The position numbers were made by a program, and so were the translations under genes. From Octopus vulgaris (lineage: Eukaryota): a stretch of DNA of 64,000 bases. The DNA lies in the NCBI GenBank assembly GCA_951406725.2, contig OX597832.1, positions 41,850,001 through 41,914,000 of the forward strand, in the 5' to 3' direction. Below, in pieces: positions 52,442-64,000 of the stretch; position 1 is the first letter of the stretch, and each line of letters starts with the position of its first letter. Below the pieces are notes generated by a model. The model did no database searches and was not told the origin of the DNA. It saw nothing but the letters and a program-made list of their open reading frames with translations.

Positions 52442-52650
52442 CCCTATAGCGTTCAGATTATTCAATCAAACATAATGCCTATTGATTCCCATTGATTTGA
52501 ATTAATCATGCATTATCTCATATCTTCAAGATCTTGATGGTGTAATTACTTAATGTAGAATAACATTGTAGGGTAGGTGCGAGAGCCTGGATCTGGTCAG
52601 TTTGAACATAAAACAGATTAAATATTTTAGCCAGTTTAAATACTAAAGGG
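52442..52650. mobile_element. piggyBac-like MITE
   Basis: TTAA|ccctatag ... ctaaaggg|TTAA. A degenerate copy lies at about 56995..57215. Confidence 0.75.
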
Positions 52651-52826
52651 TTAAGATGATAAAAAGCAATTTTTTTGAAATTTTGTTTAATATTCCCTTC
52701 TCAACTAAATTTGCCCTTTATACTACATCAACTTGTTTGCTGGAAAACACAGCATCACCTTCTGTAACACATTGATGTTTTTTTTCTTCATATCTCAGTA
52801 ATATATTTATGTATGTCTACTTATAG

Positions 52827-53012
52827 TCAGTGACAATGTGATAGTTCCACATTGTAAACTACACAATGGTGCTAGCTGTGATATATCCCAAGATGGTTCT
52901 TTACTGGCAACATTTGTGCCAACACATCGAGGATTCCCTGATGACACTGTCTTAGCCATCTACTCCCTGCAAGAAGATTCTCTTGGACAGTGCTTGTTCA
53001 CCAAGGGTTTTG
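52827..53012 (+). CDS. AMBRA1: AMBRA1 coding exon 11 (SDNVIVPHCKLHNGASCDISQDG...CLFTKGF)
   Basis: ttatag| acceptor and G|gtaagt donor. Matches human CKIYNDASCDISADGQLLA..RGFPDE. Confidence 0.95.
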
Positions 53013-53070
53013 GTAAGTCACCATTTTCTCTTTCACCCTTTGTATTATTACTACTACTAATGCTGCTACT

Positions 53071-53460
53071 GTGTGGAAGCACTCCGTCGGTTACGACGAT
53101 GAGGGTTCCGGTTGATCCGAATCAACGGAACAGCCTGCTCGTGAAATTAACGTGTAAGTGGCTGAGCACTCCACAGACACATGTAACCTTAACGTAGTTC
53201 TTGGGGATATTCAGCGTGACACAGAGAGTGACAAGGACGGCCCTTTGAAATACAGGTACAACAGAAACAGGAAGTAAGAGCGAGAGAAAGTTGTGGTGAA
53301 AGAGTACAGCAGGGATCACCACCATCCCCTGCCGGAGCCTCGTGGAGCTTTTAGGTGTTTTCGCTCAATAAACACTCACAACGCCCGGTCTGGGAATCGA
53401 AAGCGCGATCCTACGACCGTGAGTCCGCTGCCCTAACCACTGGGCCATTGCGCCTCCACA
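53071..53460 (-). mobile_element. tRNA-derived SINE with an 11-bp TSD
   Basis: TSD atgctgctact at 53060..53070 and 53461..53471. Minus-strand tRNA-like head; the 3' part is shared with family D. Confidence 0.88.
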
Positions 53461-54869
53461 ATGCTGCTACTACTACTATAATGGACTGAGAAAATCGTTA
53501 GAAAGTTAACCCAAACCCTTTGCCTGTCTTTGTGCATCACATGTGATACACAGGACATATTTCCCAGACATCATATATGCTATGCGTTCCAAGTTTCTTT
53601 GCAACCATCAGAGTAACTTGGAACTTCTGAAAGGAAAACTGTGTATTACTCAAAATATGTAAAATAAAGGCTAACTGAAAGTCTGAAAACCAGCATGGAC
53701 GTTTAGGACTAACTTTCAAAATTTCTTTGAACTAGCAAACTGGTTAAATGCCATGCAGTATTTATTTATTCTAGTTCTCTATATTTCAAGGTTCTTAGTT
53801 CAAACCCCCACCAAAGTCAACTTTGTCTTTCATTTCTTTGGAGTCAACAGAATACCTATTCCTTTACTACCCACAAGGGGCTACACACAGAGGGGACAAA
53901 CAAGGTCAGACAAACGGATTAAGTTGATTACATCGACCCTAGATATATTAAGTACCCAGTAACTGGTACTTAATTTATCGACCCTGAAAGGATGAAAAGC
54001 AAAGTCAACCTCGGCGGAATTTGAACTGAGAATGTAACGGCAGACGAAATACCGCTAAGCATTTTGCCCGGCACGCTAATGTTTTGCCAGCTTGCCGCCT
54101 TAGAGTCAACAGAATACCAGTCATATACTAGGATTGATTTAGTCAATTATACTGGGATTGATTTAATTGATTAAACTGGGATCAATTTAATCAGTTACAT
54201 AGTGTGCTATGTCCTTGAGCAAGGTACTTTATTTCATATTGTTCCACACCATTCAGCTGGCAAAATTTAGTTGTACCTGTATTTCAAAGGGCCAGCCTAG
54301 TCACATTCTGTGTTATGCTGTATCTCCCTGAGAACTACTTTACATAAAGAGTACACATGCATGAGGAGTACTCAGCCACTTGCACATTAATGCCATAAGC
54401 AGGCTGTTCCATTGATCGGATTAACTGGAGTACCAACACATAGTCTTTATTCCAGTTAGTATTGAAAATAATAAAGAATTATATTAAAATAATTTTTGTC
54501 TGGTGTTCAGACCATACTTCATATGAAAGGTTTTAATTAAGATCATTTTAAGACAGAGTTTGCATCACATAGAACGAAGGAAGGATTCAGGCGGATTGAT
54601 ATCTAAAGGGTAATAACTCTAAAAGTTTGCTAGTTGTTATTTGGCTTTTTTTATTTTCTTTTACAAGTGAATTAAATTCAATAAAATAAATTACCTTTCT
54701 CCCCAAATTTATAGCTTTGAGTTAGAATATTGGGAGATGGGTAATTTTGGGGATATTGATTTGTATCAATGCCTCAGGTCTACAAATTGGAATAATTATC
54801 TATGTATCCATGCTTGATGTAAATATCTCACAAAAGGCAAACTTATTGTAAATATTTCACAAAAGGCAA

Positions 54870-55215
54870 ACTCCACCTGTCTAACACCCATGGACATGTT
54901 TACAAAGTCAGAAAACAGCACAGCTCCCATGACTTTAGGAAACATTTTTTCACGCTAAGGATTGCTGAAGTATGGAACAAGCTGCCGGCATCAGTTGTTA
55001 GTTGTCAGAGCACTGCATCCTTCAAAACTTCCATGCTTCCTGAGATTCGCCAACACTACACCTGATTTTCTCCCCTCCATACACACACAAGCATGTATCT
55101 GACTCATATACACTGTTCGCTTTCCAGACATTTGTACATTACTGCATATGCTTTATACGCACTTTCTGACAAGTTGTGGTGCACCTGAGCACTGTATACA
55201 ATAATTTCATTATAT
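54870..55215 (+). mobile_element. CR1-like LINE 3' fragment
   Basis: Near-identical to 63235..63580, with an (ATT)-type tail. Confidence 0.85.
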
Positions 55216-56005
55216 TATATTATAATATATATATATATAATATCCCTTATGAACATGTGTTTAATAACCCAGTATATATCAGAGGAAGACGAAAATCATC
55301 CCAGCAGTGAGAACACTGGATGCATTTTTGCCTCATTGGACATTGGTCAATAGCATACATCCACAGCTAAATGCATGCCTGGATGAAATTTGTCAAAACA
55401 AATTAGGAGTGGGCAAGCATGGAGAGTATTCTTAATTAAATCAGCTTCAGTACTTGACCGGTACTGTATTTTATCCATCTTGGAAGGATGAAATGCAAAA
55501 TTAACCTCAAGAAGGATTGAAACTCAGAAGGTAAAACACTGTAGCTAAATACCTTGTGGTGTTATGTCCTTGGCTCTGATGGTTCAGCTAATCTACAATG
55601 TAGTGATTAGCATGGTTAAAAATTTGATATTAAGAATGTTTAATTAAGTTTATGTTGCAATCAAATGGGTTTTTTTTCATGGGTTGGCTTTTCTATGAAA
55701 TTAGCTTGTCCTACTAATCCACTCTGCTCAACTCCCAACCAAACACCCATGTCTTAATGATTATATGATGTTTGTTTTGTCAGTAACCTTTGATCTGATG
55801 TGAAATTCCTGGGGTTGGGAAAATAGATTCGCAAGGCATGGTTCAGGGAAATGTGACCATCTGATTGTAATGTTTTCATACTGTACTTATCACCTCCCAA
55901 TCACTTTCTCACTCTTGCTTCACCTCTCACTTTTTTCCTTTGACTCCCTCCTCCATTTCTCTCTCTTTCTCTACTCCACCTTCTCACCTATGTTTCTCTA
56001 TTTAG

Positions 56006-56103
56006 GTCCAAATGTTATATCTGTGAGTATCTCTCCCAAGAACCACTATGTCTTAGTGGGTTTAGCAGCCAAGCGCATCTCTTGGGTTTTTACTACAAAT
56101 CAG
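56006..56103 (+). CDS. AMBRA1: AMBRA1 coding exon 12 (GPNVISVSISPKNHYVLVGLAAKRISWVFTTNQ)
   Basis: atttag| acceptor and CAG|gtgagt donor. Matches human [24 protein letters not shown]. Confidence 0.95.
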
Positions 56104-57486
56104 GTGAGTGTCCCTTAGATCATTACTGATTTTCTTTTTGTGGATGTGTGTGTGTGTGTGTCTTCTTCTTATCGTTATTATCATACTGTTGGAAGGACTG
56201 TGTACAGCCATATAGTCTTTGTTCATATGTTGGATGTTTAATTCATGGAGTTATAGAATTTATTTTAGATTTAAGGTAGGGTCAGTATACAACAGACCAT
56301 TTTATTTGAGATGCATAATGATTAGGAATTCAAACTCTACTACAAACATTGCATTGTTTCCCTCAGGCAGTGCACGTAATTCTGCTTGCTTCAGTTTATC
56401 TCAGTTGTAACAGATCATAGGGGTAGATTTTTCTATGATCAGATACCATTCCCATTGCCAAGCCTGGTCTATTTCCAGGCAAGGTAATATTTTCCCAGAG
56501 CTTGACATGTTTTTATGGAAGACTGGAAACAAAACACTTAACTTGTATGATGGTCACCATCATCATTTACAACCATTACATGATGTCTAGACGAGGTTAC
56601 ACACACACACAGATACATATATGGCAGGTTTCTTTCTGTTTCCATCTACCGAATCCACCCTCAAGGCTTTGGTTGGCCAGAGCTTTTGTAGAAAACACTT
56701 CCCTCAAGGTATTGTACAAGAGGATTGAACCCAAAGCCATATGGTTGTGAAGCCAAACTTGTTGACTGCAGAGCCATGCCCTATACAGTGCTATTGGTCT
56801 CAAATTACAATTGCAAATATATAAACTGGAGAAAATATAATAATTACTTTTTAATTAAGTAATTCTGTAGTGTCTAAGATATTCTTAACCAATGAGAATC
56901 CCAATTCTTCTCCAACTACAACTACTATTATTTTTCTGAGCCAGTAAAGAGGCCTCTCATTCCTAGGCCTACCAGAAAGACAAATCTTTCTTATTCCTTG
57001 TAGCATTCAGATTACTCTGTCAAATGTAATGCTTATTTATTTACATTGCTTTGAATTAATCATGCAATACCTCATAGCTTTGAGATGTTGGTGATGTGGC
57101 TTCGTTTTTAGAATAACATTGTGGGGTAGGTGTGAGAGGCCTGATCTGGCTGGTTTGAGCATAAAACAGGTAAAATATTTGGGGCAGATATGGCCAATTC
57201 AAATGCTAAAGAGTTCAGTCACACCCAACTATCTTAAAGCATGAAGGACAATACATTAGATAATATAGTCCTAGATATATTATGACTGGGACACTTTTGA
57301 TTATAGGTCTGTTCTATGAGAGCTGACCTAGATATATTATGACTGGTTGGTCATGGCTGGGACACTTTTGATCATAGGTCTGTTCTATGAGAGCTGACCT
57401 AGCACTAGGCAACTATAAATACTATGATTAACTGTTATATTAAAGTTCTGTAATACAAAATGTAATTCTTCCTTTGTGTCTTATAG

Positions 57487-57543
57487 ATGGTAGCACAGAT
57501 TTACCAGTTGAGTCAAGAATTTGCTGGGGAGCAGTCAATGAAG
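57487..57543 (+). CDS. AMBRA1: AMBRA1 coding exon 13 (MVAQIYQLSQEFAGEQSMK)
   Basis: ttatag| acceptor and AAG|gtaaac donor. Matches human MVAQVFRLQQAHGGETSMR. Confidence 0.93.
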
Positions 57544-58101
57544 GTAAACAAAATTAACTGCAGATATTTTTTGTTTTTTAAGCTTCTTTTTCTTATGAAC
57601 GTTTACATTTGTGAAATTGACTTTTGGATTATTCTTTTTTTTTTTTTTGATAATTGGATCTGACTGAATAGATAAATTGTGTGTTCTTAAACTCTTTAAT
57701 ATCAACTTGAAAGATACATATATGATGGACTCTCTCATTCAGCTAGTGCTAGGAGCATAAATTGTGATTAAGGAATGGTGGAAGATTTTAATTCAGGACT
57801 TACGAAAACAAGACTTTAGTACTACAGAGCCAAAGGCGGTTTCAGCTGGGTTGGTATTGAAAGGGTTGATATCAACTTGAAAGATAACATATATGATGGA
57901 CTCTCTCTCATCAAAGACAACATATAAGTGTTCGGCTTTTGTTGAATGACCTACACAAATGAATTGTTTGTAGTGATCAAATGTATGTGTTGTACTTTAG
58001 TTTACTCCCTCCATCAAATTGACATTGTCTGGTGTACCACATGTTAAGTGTCAGTCATAGCAGACTTTAGGAACAAGAACCCAGGTTCGAAATTTCCCCA
58101 A

Positions 58102-58147
58102 GACACCTGATGAAGGATGGAGGGTATATCAGCCGAAACGTTGTGTT
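58102..58147 (+). ncRNA. Minimal type I hammerhead ribozyme-like motif (Penelope-associated type)
   Basis: gacac-CTGATGA-a-ggatgg(agggtata)tcagcc-GAAA-cg-TT-gtgtt. Confidence 0.6.
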
Positions 58148-58685
58148 AACAACAAACAAGATGAGGACAAATATCCGTCAAATGTGTTGGTGTTAGGAAG
58201 GGCATCCGCTGTAGAAACTCTGCCAGATCAAGATTGAAGCCTGGTGCAGTCATCTGGTTCGCCAGCCCACAGTCAAACCATCCAACCCATGCTAGCATGG
58301 AAAGTGGACGTTAAACGATGATGATGATGAATGTACAAGATGAAGTGTTTTGCTCAAGAACACAATACACCACTCGGTCTAGGAATTCAAACTATGACTT
58401 CTGTCCTGTAACTTACCAGTCTGACAAATAGATATTGATAAAATAACTGCCAAATGTAAATAAATATGAGGAGTTGATTTAATCAACTGAATCATTTGGA
58501 AAAGTGCCCCAGCATGACCAGAGTCCAAACACTGAAATCAGTGAAAGAGTAACTAGTCCTGTTTCTTCAATATTATTCCACTAGTATTACCATATTTAGC
58601 TGTTGAGGTTAAAATTATAGAAGTGACCAAAATGCGGCTTTGTATTTTCTGTAATTAATTGTGTATTTCTTCTTTTTCTGCCTAG

Positions 58686-58825
58686 CATGTTAGTGACATC
58701 ACACATTATGTTGATGCCGATACCAGAACTCACGTCAGTGTGAATTCAGCCAAGTGGTTGCCTCAAGTTGGAGCTGGACTAGTATACGGCACGAATCGTG
58801 GTAATTTACACATCTGCTGGCCTGG
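58686..58825 (+). CDS. AMBRA1: AMBRA1 coding exon 14 (HVSDITHYVDADTRTHVSVNSAKWLPQVGAGLVYGTNRGNLHICWPG)
   Basis: cctag| acceptor and GG|gtaagt donor. Matches human [26 protein letters not shown]. Confidence 0.95.
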
Positions 58826-60223
58826 GTAAGTTTTAACTCTATTGCACCCATTCTTACCTTACAACCCTGAACGTTTCAAATATTCCAAATTGGTACTTAC
58901 ATACATAGAAATATTTCACTTGTCCCTGAAACCACTTAGTTATGAAGTGAACATCTTAACCACACAGCTATTTTCTGGATATACCTATACTATAATAAAG
59001 AAAGCTACTTACTTACTTTGGAGTGTGTAACTTTTACTAAAAGAAAGCAATTAGTAAAATTTGCACTGTCTAGAAAATTCTTATAAATTCCAATTTTAAT
59101 ATATTTTTAGCAAAATGCAGTTTTCAAGCTTCTTTTATTATGGAAGATTTCAAGTACATACTTTAATCGCAGATCTAACTCTTATTCACTTTGACATTTT
59201 AATTCTCTGTGAGATAAAATCTTACACTGCAAGATAACATTTTAATGTCTCTGTGTATAGTTCTAGAAATATAAAAGTTGCCCAAATATTTGCAACTCTA
59301 CTTTATGCAGATTATAGGTTTCATCCAGCATCAGCCAAATTATGTTGACTCCAGTATCCTTTCATGTTTGCTGAGTGTTGTTGAAGAAATAGAAAACTGA
59401 ATAAGGAAAGTGATTTTCATTTACTTTACATCAATTGGGCATCACTACAAAAATTGCCCCTCCTCACTTGATTTCATTTCCTCATAACTTATTGAAAAAT
59501 GGATATCTTTTAATTCAATTTTCTACAATTATGTTTGAGGTGGTATAAATAATTCTGTCAGAATTTGTTGTGAAAACCATTTTCAGATGTGATGGAAGAG
59601 GAGTTTGGGATAAATCACATGTCTGTTTGTTTCCTCATAACTTTGAGAAAAATGGGTATTTTTAAGGAAATCTTATATTATAGAAAAGAAGCGTTGGCCT
59701 GAAGCTGTAGTAGGAGACACTTCACTGGGACTGAAACCAGAACTGTGTGGTTGGGAAGGAAGCTTCTTACCACACAGCTATACACACACACACACCACAT
59801 ATTAAGTGGCTGTCATTAGGAAGGGCATAGTCATAGAAACCTTGCCTAAACAGACACTGGAACTTACTTCTGACTCACTCCTCCAGTTGAACCATCCAAC
59901 CCATACAAGCATGGAAAACAGACATTAAATGATGAGACACGTTAGCGTGCCGGGCGAAATGCTTAGCGGTATTTCATCTGTCGTTACGTTCTGAGTTCAA
60001 ATTCCACCGAGGTCAACTTTGCCTTTCATCCTTTCGGGGTCGATAAATAAAATACCAGTTTCTCACTGGGGTCGATATAATCGTCTCAATCCCTTCGTCT
60101 GTCCTTGTTTAGCCCCTTCTGAGCAGTAAAGAAATATATATAAACACATTCACAAACACTACTTTTCTTTCTTAAAAATTAAAAAAAATTTTTTATGTTT
60201 TCTCATCAAATTTTGCAATTTAG

Positions 60224-60503
60224 GTTCAAACCAGTGAAAAAGGAGAATCCACCTGAAAGAGAAGTGGTAGCAGGAGGAGGAGAAGAAGAGGAATGGAACA
60301 CTTTGAACCAAGCACAATCCCTTCGACGGAACCTGTATCGGATGCAGCACATTCGTCGAAATTTGATTAATATGCCAAGTGTTGGGCAAAGATTACCACA
60401 CACGACCAGCACGGCAACGCAAACGTCTCACAGGCAGGTACAGCGCAGCGCTGGTACACAAACAGATGGTTCTGAAGAAGAAGATATTTGGGACAGTGAT
60501 TAA
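60224..60503 (+). CDS. AMBRA1: AMBRA1 last coding exon (FKPVKKENPP...EEEEWNTL...TATQT...AGTQT...DIWDSD*)
   Basis: atttag| acceptor, phase 2, stop TAA ends at 60503. Carries a LIR-like motif and two TQT motifs, as in vertebrate AMBRA1 tails. Confidence 0.9.
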
Positions 60504-60537
60504 AGACTTCTTACAGAGAAAAAAAACAAAAGCAGAA

Positions 60538-60543
60538 AATAAA
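60538..60543 (+). terminator. Candidate polyadenylation signal AATAAA
   Basis: About 35 nt after the stop, with a GT/T-rich stretch downstream. The AT-rich background makes a chance match plausible. Confidence 0.3.
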
Positions 60544-60749
60544 TATAGGACTTTTTAAGAAATAATCTTCAGTAAATAATTTCATCCTTTGTATCTATGT
60601 ATGTATTAATTCCCTGGATTGTGTGTTTAATGTATATAACTGGAAGTAAAGAAAGAAAAGATATCATTTGTCTGAAAAAATTTGTGATAATTGTTAAATT
60701 AGTAAATGTCGTTTTGTATAATGTTTTCTTTTATATTTGATGACTTTAC

Positions 60750-60783
<34 letters not shown>

Positions 60784-61779
60784 GGCTGTTGCCAGCGCCA
60801 CCCCGACAGGCCCCCGTGCCGGTGGCACGTAAAAAGCACCATCCGATCGTGGGCGTTGCCAGCCTCACCTGGCACATAAAAAGCACCCACTACACTCACG
60901 GAGTGGTTGGCGTTAGGAAGGGCATCCAGCTGTAGAAACACTGCCAGATCAGACTGGAGCCTGGTGCAGCCTTCTGGCTTCCCAGACCCCAGTTGAACCG
61001 TCCAACCCATGCTAGCATGGAAGGCGGACGTTAATTGATGATGATGATGATGACAACCATTCTGATGAGAAAGACTTGGGTATTCAGAAAAATACAATAA
61101 TCTATCGTAAGTATTCACAATTACCAACTCATTGAATTAACATTTTAAGCTGGTTGGGCAACATCTACTTTTCAACATAACAGTATACAGTTGGATTAGA
61201 AGGCAATTGACAGTAGGGGGAATCAAATAAAGATTAAGATATCAGATTGTAAAAATATCATAGGAACAGGTATAAAAATATGGATAAGATATATTAGGGT
61301 ATTCGGAAAGTAATTGTGTTTTACCAGGAAGCATATAAAAATGAATGTAAACTATGTTTATCTGAATAGTTTTAATCAAGAATGTAATCACCATCGTTAA
61401 TCAAAATTGAAATCGATCAACTTCAATGGAAATTGTAGTTGTGATACCAGTGCCGGTGGCACATAAGAAAACCATCTGAATGTGGCCATTGCCAGCGCCG
61501 CCCCGACTGACCTCCATGCTGGTGGCACGTAAAAAGCACCATCCGATCGTGACCGTTTGCCAGCCTTGTCTGGCACCTGTGCAGGTGACACGTAAAACGC
61601 ACCCACTACACTCACGGAGTGGTTGGCGTTAGGAAGGGCATCCAGCTGTAGAAACACTGCCAGATCAGACTGGGCCTGGTGCAGCCTCCTGGCTTCCCAG
61701 ACCCCAGTTGAACCGTCCAACCCATGCTAGCATGGAAAACGGACGTTAAACGATGATGATGCAGCCCAACAGGAAAGTA

Positions 61780-62025
61780 ACCTTTTTTTATGTTTCAAAG
61801 AAACCTATTTCTTCTGGAAAAAGTCTGAGAGACTGTTTTCAACTTCCTCTCTTGTTCTGAATGTTCTGCCTCTTTTGAAATGTTCTAGTGATTTGAACAG
61901 ATGGGAATCCATAGATGCTGAAGTCAGATAGGTATGGAAGATGTGGAAGAACTTCCCGTCCTAAAGATCTTATTTTTTCTTTGGTTTGTTTTGAAGATTG
62001 CGGCTGTGCATTGTCATGCTGGAGA
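61780..62025 (-). mobile_element. Mariner transposase C-terminal relic
   Basis: LQHDNAQPQSSKQTKEKIRSLGREVLPHLPYLSD resembles the mariner HDNA.PH ... HPPYSPD motifs. Frameshifted. Confidence 0.8.
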
Positions 62026-62889
62026 ATATCGGTTTGGCAAAAGAGACCAATAGAATAAGTTCTAGGCTTACAAAGAATAAGTACTGAGGTTGATTTGCTC
62101 AACTAAATGCAGTGTTCCAGCATGGCCACAGTCAAATGACTGAAACAAATAAAAGAATATATATATATAGGTGCAGGAGTGGCTGTGTGGTAAGTAGCCT
62201 GCTTACCAACCACATGGTTCCGGGTTCAGTCCCACTGTGTGGCACCTTGGGCAAGTGTCTTCTACTATAGCCTCGGGCTGACCAAAGCCTTGTGAGTGGA
62301 TTTGGTAGACGGAAACTGAAAGAAGCCTGTTGTATATATATATGTGTGTGTTTGTGTGTCTGTTTGTCCCCCCAACATCGCTTGACAACCGATGCTGGTA
62401 TGTTTACATCCCTGTTCGGCAAAAGAGACTGATAGAATAAGTACTAGGCTTACAAAGAATAAGACATGGGGTCGATTTGGTCGACTAAAAGCGGTGCTCC
62501 AGCATGGCCGCAATCAAATGACAAACAAGTAAAAAAAAATATGTATTGGGGTAACAAGTTTATAGCAACATGATCTGGCCTACTTAGAGTGGGGTACTTG
62601 AAGTGAAAAATCTGAATGTTGACAAGCTTAACCCATAACAATGAGTCTAACAAAATTTGTATTGTTTCACCCTGGGACTCTTCAGGATTTCTTGAAGAAG
62701 CCACAGGTGAAACCGAATATAATTTTTGTTAGACTCACCGTAATAGAGTATTAGGATATTTGTGTGTGTGTGGATGACTGTGTACATGCGTACATGTGAG
62801 ATGTAGTCACATGACCACCTAAATTAGCAGTACCCCTGAAAATGTGTTACTCCTAACTGTGATGACCAGTCCAGTTCATGCTAGAATGA

Positions 62890-63583
62890 GCACAGCTGCC
62901 ATGACTTTTGGAAACCTTTTTTTCACGCTAAGAGTTGCTGAAGCATGGAACAAACTACCGGCATCAGTTGTCAGAGCACTGCATCCTTCAAGCTATGGTA
63001 AGACGTCGCCTGGAATTTGCATCACCGGTCTGGAACCCCTATCTTGCCCAGGATATCAATCGTCTGGAAGTCGTTCAGCAACGTGCAACCAAGAGAATAC
63101 CCTCCATCAGGCATTTACCATATTCTGAATGCCTTACTTCCCTGGGCATGGACATATTGAAACTCCGACGTCTGGCAGCTGACTTGGCAGACACCCATAA
63201 AATTATCAACCATCTTACAAACAGTAACTCTGAGCACCTGTCTAACACCCGTGGACATATTTACAAAGTCAGAAAACAGCACAGCTCCCAGGACTTTCAG
63301 AAACATTTTTTCACGCTAAGAGTTGCTGAAGCATGGAACAAACTGCCGGCATCAGTTGTTAGTTGTCGGAGCACTGCATCCTTCAAAACTTCCATGCTTC
63401 CTGAGATTCGCCAACACTACACCTGATTTCCTCCCCTCCATACACATAAGCAAGCATGTGTCTGACTCATTCATTGTTCGCTTTCCAGACATTTGTACAT
63501 TACTGCATATACTCTATACGCACTTTTGATAAGTTGTGGTGCACCTGAGCATTGTATACAATAATTTCATTATTATTATTATT
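62890..63583 (+). mobile_element. CR1-like LINE, 5'-truncated ORF2 C-terminus and 3' UTR
   Basis: LEFASPVWNPYLAQDINRLEVVQQRATKRI..LRRLAADL..FFTLRVAEAWNKLP with an (ATT)n tail. A short piece of the same 3' region precedes it at 62890..62990. Confidence 0.92.
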
Positions 63584-63744
63584 AAAACGGGTGATGAGTA
63601 TGACAAATGAGGTGCATTCCAGAAGATTTGAGATTTTTTTTTTTAAGAGAGACAATTATTACTGGTCTACATTTACTGTTATTTTAAGATATCATTCAAT
63701 AATAAATCTTAGAGCGAGTTATAAACAGTAGCTGCAACACATCG

Positions 63745-63857
63745 TGATGTATATTTGCCATTTAAATATGGCTAACCCCTAAGAGTGGATGCTACTGTAG
63801 TTTGTAGTAGCATCCACCTTTAGGGGTTAGCCATATTTAAATGGCAAATATACGTCA
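63745..63857. repeat. Near-perfect inverted repeat, 52-bp arms and 9-nt loop
   Basis: Arm 63745..63796 pairs with 63806..63857, with about 3 mismatched positions. Confidence 0.9.
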
Positions 63858-64000
63858 TAATATATCATTACTATTCACCTAATAAGATGACTTGCAAACT
63901 TTTGCTATTCCAGATTGAAGGAGATGGTTTTTACTGCACTTTGAATAACACCCTGCTAAACATTGTTTATAACAGCTGACTAGCTTGCAGAATGCACTGG

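Larger units (their letters stand above)
23982..60503 (+). other. AMBRA1: AMBRA1 orthologue gene model, 15 coding exons, 2325 aa predicted
   Basis: Spliced translation matches remembered human AMBRA1 segments: TFLMDFSPDG, GHPRTPWCLAFHP, ASGCLGGEVRIWDLH, FWDWS, FDPLGHYL, WDFKKLELPDL, CKLHNGASCDISQDG, RGFPD, GPNVISVSISP, MVAQIY, HVSVNSAKWLP..GLVYGTNRG, and a TQT-containing tail. All introns are GT-AG, phases are consistent, and exon lengths sum to 6978 nt. Confidence 0.95.

Noticed and set aside
52827-52830. Alternative acceptor tcag 4 nt downstream of the exon 11 acceptor
   Set aside because: It would shift the frame. Only the upstream AG preserves the AMBRA1 reading frame.

Overview
AT-rich, microsatellite- and SINE-dense animal genomic DNA. 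The repeat families look like those of a coleoid cephalopod (Octopus); this is inference, not a database result. The window holds one complete protein-coding gene on the + strand, an AMBRA1 orthologue (WD40 DCAF substrate receptor and autophagy regulator). I reconstructed it by hand as 15 GT-AG coding exons (23982..60503) with consistent phases, giving 6978 nt or 2325 aa. A single 5130-nt, frame-symmetric exon encodes about 1710 aa of Ser-rich disordered sequence between the two halves of the WD40 propeller. Nearly all other ORFs in the track are microsatellite or SINE artefacts. The rest of the window contains tRNA-derived SINEs (several as head-to-tail multimers sharing one junction), Mutator-like MITEs with 9-bp TSDs, piggyBac-like MITEs, TIR elements carrying TTAGGG tracts, CR1, R4/Dong-like, Penelope-like and mariner fragments, minimal hammerhead-like motifs, two minisatellites and one long hairpin. 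No CRISPR array or prokaryotic system is present.
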